Positions 60,170 to 64,000 of a stretch of DNA of 64,000 bases are shown piece by piece. The notes beneath the pieces were generated by a model that saw only the letters and a list, made by a program, of their open reading frames with translations, did no database searches and was not told the DNA's origin. The position numbers and the translations under genes were made by a program. Within the stretch, counting starts at the first letter, position 1; each line of letters opens with the position of its first letter. This DNA comes from a virus: the IMG/VR virus record IMGVR_UViG_3300009285_003056; one strand, 5' to 3'.

Positions 60170-61353
60170 TAGCGTATCCTCTCGTAAGTTTTGGAGCGAT
60201 CCCTGAAATATGGGTCCTGAATCGATTGCAAACCCATGTTCTCCAACATGACAATATTGTTAGTCGCTGATACCACCTCATCATCCGTGAGCCCAGCTAT
60301 CCACCGTGCCTGCTCGCCCGTGAGCGCCGCAGTCCTTCTTAATGTATAGGGAAGGGGAATGTGGACGGCCCACTCAGTCTCCAGAGTCAGACTGAAGTTG
60401 GCATTGAAATAGTAGTCCTCCCCATTTTCGTCCCAAATCTCCTCGGATTCCCCACCCATCGAGATATCCCCCATCTCGATGCCCTCCGAGGACAACTTGG
60501 GGCGCAAGCTGCTTTGAAGGTAAATGATGGTCTGATCATATATCTCTGCTTCTGCATGGACATCCCGAGCACAGACCTCACACTCCATATTGATCTGCCA
60601 ACGTCCACCATACTCTAGGGCGGCTGGTTGCCGAATACCTTGGACAACCACTGCCATCCGATCCCCCTTTTCATTCCTATTTCCAAAGGCAAGGACTACT
60701 CCTGGAATCGCCCGATTGTTGGCATAGTTCTCGACGAAGTTGTGCGGCCCAGTTGATGTCCCCGCATACCTGTAGTCGGAGATCAAGTACCGGGAACCTG
60801 TCAATGCGTTCGTAAGAGTGATTACCCCTGTGGCGTTGTCCACTGTGTAGTTGATATCCTCTTGAAGCTCGTAGCCTGCCGGACCCTCGTAAAGCCTCAA
60901 GGAACCCGCCAGAGGTAGGTTCTGGAGTTGGTATTCAGTATCAGTCACCTTTGTGGGTAATTCATCCCGAACATCTAACATGGGGTGTACGTAGAACACA
61001 TTGGTATCCGTTAGTTCGACATAGTAGATACCAGCTGGAGACGGGAAGTTGCCATTGTTGTTCTGGATGGCTACAGCGTCTTCCCGCACCCACTCAATTG
61101 CTGTACCTGGAAAGTTCTGTACCCCCATGAGGTAGACATACGAGACAACCACACCCTTGAAGTTGTCAGCGGACATGTCTACCCGGGTTCCACCACTGAC
61201 TTTGACTATGATCCCGTAAGAGGGTCTCTCTCGGAAAGAGTACTTGCCCTGAATATGGTCGACGATATCCCTGTACTTAGGATGAGAAACCCAATACCTA
61301 CGCAATTCCGACACGACGCGATTCTTCATTGCGCCCGTTAAAGCGAAGTACAT
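60169..61353 (-). CDS. Probable tail terminator / neck protein with an inserted beta domain (394 aa)
   Basis: Located upstream of the sheath gene. The C-terminal ...GGRWQINMECEVCARD...IYDQTIIYL...ISMGGESEEIWDE...YYFNANFSLTLETEW resembles tail-terminator folds. Confidence 0.45.
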   Translation of the reverse strand: MYFALTGAMKNRVVSELRRYWVSHPKYRDIVDHIQGKYSFRERPSYGIIVKVSGGTRVDMSADNFKGVVVSYVYLMGVQNFPGTAIEWVREDAVAIQNNNGNFPSPAGIYYVELTDTNVFYVHPMLDVRDELPTKVTDTEYQLQNLPLAGSLRLYEGPAGYELQEDINYTVDNATGVITLTNALTGSRYLISDYRYAGTSTGPHNFVENYANNRAIPGVVLAFGNRNEKGDRMAVVVQGIRQPAALEYGGRWQINMECEVCARDVHAEAEIYDQTIIYLQSSLRPKLSSEGIEMGDISMGGESEEIWDENGEDYYFNANFSLTLETEWAVHIPLPYTLRRTAALTGEQARWIAGLTDDEVVSATNNIVMLENMGLQSIQDPYFRDRSKTYERIR

Positions 61354-61356
61354 TTT

Positions 61357-62376
61357 TTACTCCTCTTGCAGAGCCTGAATCAGCAGTCCATAGGCTACCG
61401 CATTGAGTGGATCCTTAGCCATCCGTATCTCTGAGATAGGGATAGGAAATCGTTTCCGTTTAGCCTCGAATACCTGAGTGAAGAAGTCTAGGAATCCGCC
61501 CGCTAAAGCCGTGCCACCTGAAACCACCATCGGGATAGGACTAGGAAGGGCAAATCTCGACCGTATCTTGTCAAACTCACTGGCAATGTGGTCAAGAGCG
61601 TATTCGACCATCGCCCTATAGTAAAAGACGATAGCTTCCTGCTCCCTGCCTGCAGGCTTGTTGAGATCAACACCAGCCTCTTTGATGGCACAGATACGAG
61701 CTTGGGTAGAGCCCACGGAGTTAGCAGCGCCGGAATCAATCCAATCGCCACTCCTGGCCACACTGAAGCTCAGACCTTCCATAGTATTCACACTGAGGGC
61801 ACAATTTGTCATCCCAGCCCCGAATGAGATACTGAGCCCACTGAAATTCTCCTTAGCCGTCTCACTAAATATGATCGCCATAGCCTCGTTTGCAGGGTGG
61901 GCAGTGTACCCACATTCTTGGATGATTCGTCGGAATACTTCCCGATGGTAAACGATGTCTTTCCCAGGTTGATCAATTGGGGGGGCCGGGACGGAATAGT
62001 AACAGGTTTCCCCCGGAACTAATGGTTCGCCCAAGACATTCTTGACCAACAGACCAAGAACTTCAAGGGAATCAGTTTCAGATGGAGAGATCAAACCCCC
62101 ACTCAGAGGGCGTCTGGCAACCCGACCAAAAACGTTAGCCATCTCCAGAGCTGCATCCCCTAGGACAAGAATTTCATCACCCCTCTCTACGAACTGTGTG
62201 TTCCCCATCTTGAGCATCTTCTTTGCCGTGATAGGGAAGTCAAGGAACACATCTCGTATCCTCTTGGTGACAATCCCGTCTGAACTCTTACGGGCCGATA
62301 AAACATTCATAGTGCCCAGATCCGTACCACAACCCGGCTGCAAAACCAACCCGTTCATCTTGTCCTTGTTAGGCAT
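61357..62376 (-). CDS. Actin-fold ATPase (MreB/FtsA/ParM-like superfamily), 339 aa
   Basis: All five actin motifs are present in order: phosphate-1 GTDLGTMNV, connect-1 ANEAMAIIF, phosphate-2 SISFGAGMTN, adenosine VVSGGTALAGGF, connect-2 DPLNAVAYGL. Confidence 0.85.
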   Translation of the reverse strand: MPNKDKMNGLVLQPGCGTDLGTMNVLSARKSSDGIVTKRIRDVFLDFPITAKKMLKMGNTQFVERGDEILVLGDAALEMANVFGRVARRPLSGGLISPSETDSLEVLGLLVKNVLGEPLVPGETCYYSVPAPPIDQPGKDIVYHREVFRRIIQECGYTAHPANEAMAIIFSETAKENFSGLSISFGAGMTNCALSVNTMEGLSFSVARSGDWIDSGAANSVGSTQARICAIKEAGVDLNKPAGREQEAIVFYYRAMVEYALDHIASEFDKIRSRFALPSPIPMVVSGGTALAGGFLDFFTQVFEAKRKRFPIPISEIRMAKDPLNAVAYGLLIQALQEE

Positions 62377-62989
62377 CTTTCTTCCCCTTCTTTCCTTTCT
62401 TTTTCCCTAACGCCACCAATGCGGCATCCACATCTGTAGTACCAGATGTGCCCTCCAGGATGCTTATCTCAGTCCCTGTCCCCGTCACCATGTTGGTCGG
62501 GATGAACACGGGCTCTGATGCAGGTTGAGTAACACTCAATGGGGCAGATACAGTAGGAAGGCTGTTCACCATTATTTGACGAACATCCACTTTAGCTGCC
62601 ACTGCCGCCGCAATCATATCCACATTGATGGCACCGTCTACCATTCCCCTGAGAGCAGTCACCAATTCTGTCGTAACAGCATCGAGTTTAACCCGTAACT
62701 GACCGTCCACAATCCTTTCTACATCCTCTCGGGATAACATTGGTGTCTCCTGCCTTGGGGACGGTTTCTTTCGGATATAATTGGGGGGCGGATACGGATT
62801 ATCAGCAGTCATGGCTTTGCACCTCTCTTCCCACCGAACATCTACTGTACCATTGTCCTGGAGTTTCCATAGCCACCTAGACAGTCTTGCTTGTACTTCT
62901 GACACGTAAGTCACAGTGCCTGCTGACAATCGCAAGTTCATATCGGGGATGACTGTGGTCCTCAAGCATGTGATCTTAGCCTCTCTCAC
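62369..62989 (-). CDS. Hypothetical protein (206 aa) with a Lys-rich C-terminus
   Basis: ORF overlaps the start of the actin-like gene by 8 nt and begins 2 nt after the upstream stop. Confidence 0.65.
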   Translation of the reverse strand: MREAKITCLRTTVIPDMNLRLSAGTVTYVSEVQARLSRWLWKLQDNGTVDVRWEERCKAMTADNPYPPPNYIRKKPSPRQETPMLSREDVERIVDGQLRVKLDAVTTELVTALRGMVDGAINVDMIAAAVAAKVDVRQIMVNSLPTVSAPLSVTQPASEPVFIPTNMVTGTGTEISILEGTSGTTDVDAALVALGKKKGKKGKKDA

Positions 62990-62991
62990 TT

Positions 62992-63567
62992 TCAGTCACC
63001 CGACTTCCGACTCAGCCTACGAGTGATCTCAGCCGCAATGATCTCAGCCATCCTCTCTCTAGCCTTCCGAACACCTCTCTCAATGAACGTATGCTTGGCT
63101 ATCCCAGGATGTACCCAAAGCTTACCTGTAGATAAAGGAGCCATCCTGAATATGACTTCCCCGTTGCCTTGCAACAAGGGAATCGGCTTCCCGGTCAACT
63201 TAGGGTTGCTTTGAGTATGCTTCCTCATGGAAAAGGCGTCAACACCTTCGGTAATCCCCTTTATCCAAGGCCATGTGGAGACTACTTCAATGGTGGACTC
63301 ACCCCGGATCCTGAAGGAAAACGAATCGAAGAAACCGGGCCTGATAGTGTCACCGTGAGAATCAGGCAACCCTTCAGGCTGGCCCTTGTGATGCGGAGAC
63401 TTACCTTGCTTAGCAAAGTCCTTCTTAGCTTCCGCTACAACAGCTTTGACAGCTGCCAACCCAAGTCGACGCAAGATGTTGGTATCCAAAACAAAGGCAC
63501 CCCTACTGTTCAGTAACTTACTGAAGGGGCCTTTCAGTACTCCACGTACTCTAGTCTTGGTAACCAT
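62992..63567 (-). CDS. Neck / tail-completion protein, possibly HK97 gp10-like (191 aa)
   Basis: A basic protein with LRRLGLAAVKAVVAEAK...FFDSFSFRIRGESTIEVVS...VHPGIAKHTFIERGVRKARERMAEII, a pattern typical of gp10-like virion morphogenesis proteins; located after the head-closure-like gene. Confidence 0.45.
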   Translation of the reverse strand: MVTKTRVRGVLKGPFSKLLNSRGAFVLDTNILRRLGLAAVKAVVAEAKKDFAKQGKSPHHKGQPEGLPDSHGDTIRPGFFDSFSFRIRGESTIEVVSTWPWIKGITEGVDAFSMRKHTQSNPKLTGKPIPLLQGNGEVIFRMAPLSTGKLWVHPGIAKHTFIERGVRKARERMAEIIAAEITRRLSRKSGD

Positions 63568-63573
63568 TCGGCC

Positions 63574-64000
63574 TTACTCGTTCTGATTCTCAAACGTTGG
63601 GGTACGGCCCCTCTGTTCTCGTTCGTCCGGGTATCCAGGTTTGTCCGTACCCTCCGGAGTAGCAATGGGCGAACCAATCTGTCTTGGCTCGTAGGTAGTC
63701 CCAATGACAGGGAATAGCACTGTCGTATCCCGTTCCTGTCGAGTCTGAGGCCACGGCAGGGACGCAGTACCTGTGATAGGCACCTTGTATCGGATGTCCC
63801 CCTCATCCAAGTATGCTATGTTGAAATGCTGTTGAAGGACATTCCCCCTATTGGTGGGTCTCCGAACGGGGCCAATGCTATATCGCTCATTAGTCTGCTT
63901 GACCAAAAAGTCTCGCTGAGTGACTAAAGGACTGGGACCCGTCCAAACTTCGTAGGTATGCTCCATACGCCTGCCCCTTTCACTCTGGGACATACGCCTT
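63574..64000 (-). CDS. C-terminal part of a probable head-closure / neck protein (5' end outside the window)
   Basis: The frame stays open to the right edge. EVWTGPSPLVTQRDFLVKQTNERYSIGPV...LQQHFNIAYL resembles head-closure beta-barrel C-termini. Confidence 0.45.
   Translation of the reverse strand, partial: RRMSQSERGRRMEHTYEVWTGPSPLVTQRDFLVKQTNERYSIGPVRRPTNRGNVLQQHFNIAYLDEGDIRYKVPITGTASLPWPQTRQERDTTVLFPVIGTTYEPRQIGSPIATPEGTDKPGYPDEREQRGRTPTFENQNE

Noticed and set aside
1-64000. Extracellular contractile injection system, tailocin or T6SS locus instead of a phage; stop-codon recoding; CRISPR array; inteins
   Set aside because: Neck/head-joining-type genes, giant fibres and the absence of host genes over 64 kb favour a phage. 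All three stop codons terminate genes and the ORFs are full length in code 11. I saw no regularly spaced repeats or intein motifs.

Overview
This window is one continuous block of virion morphogenesis genes from a very large (jumbo-like) contractile-tailed bacteriophage. About 28 genes lie head-to-tail on the minus strand, use the standard code (TAA, TAG and TGA all serve as stops), and have GGAGG/GAGG ribosome-binding sites and ATGA/TAATG overlaps. In transcription order (right to left): partial neck gene, HK97 gp10-like gene, a hypothetical, an actin-fold ATPase, a probable tail terminator, an FmdB-like zinc ribbon, an oversized tail sheath (~1762 aa), a small ORF, tail tube, two probable assembly chaperones, tape measure, two tube-initiator-like paralogues, a hub carrying a Cys-His peptidase domain, a central spike, a small Gly/Ala-rich protein, a 3955-aa structural protein, three hypotheticals, gp25-like, baseplate J, an inserted IsrB (OMEGA) element, baseplate I-like, a tailspike-like protein and two very large fibre/wedge proteins, the last running off the left edge. 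Three things stand out. (1) A non-autonomous IsrB + omegaRNA element whose RNA scaffold appears to overlap the stop codon of baseplate J, which would make the phage's own baseplate coding sequence its guide. (2) Four intergenic long hairpins share a CC(A/G)TCCC/GGG..TGG bulged apical stem, and two of them share a 56-bp core at 53/56 identity. (3) An actin-like ATPase is embedded among the neck/tail genes. Product calls come from motif recognition and gene order only; no database search was run.
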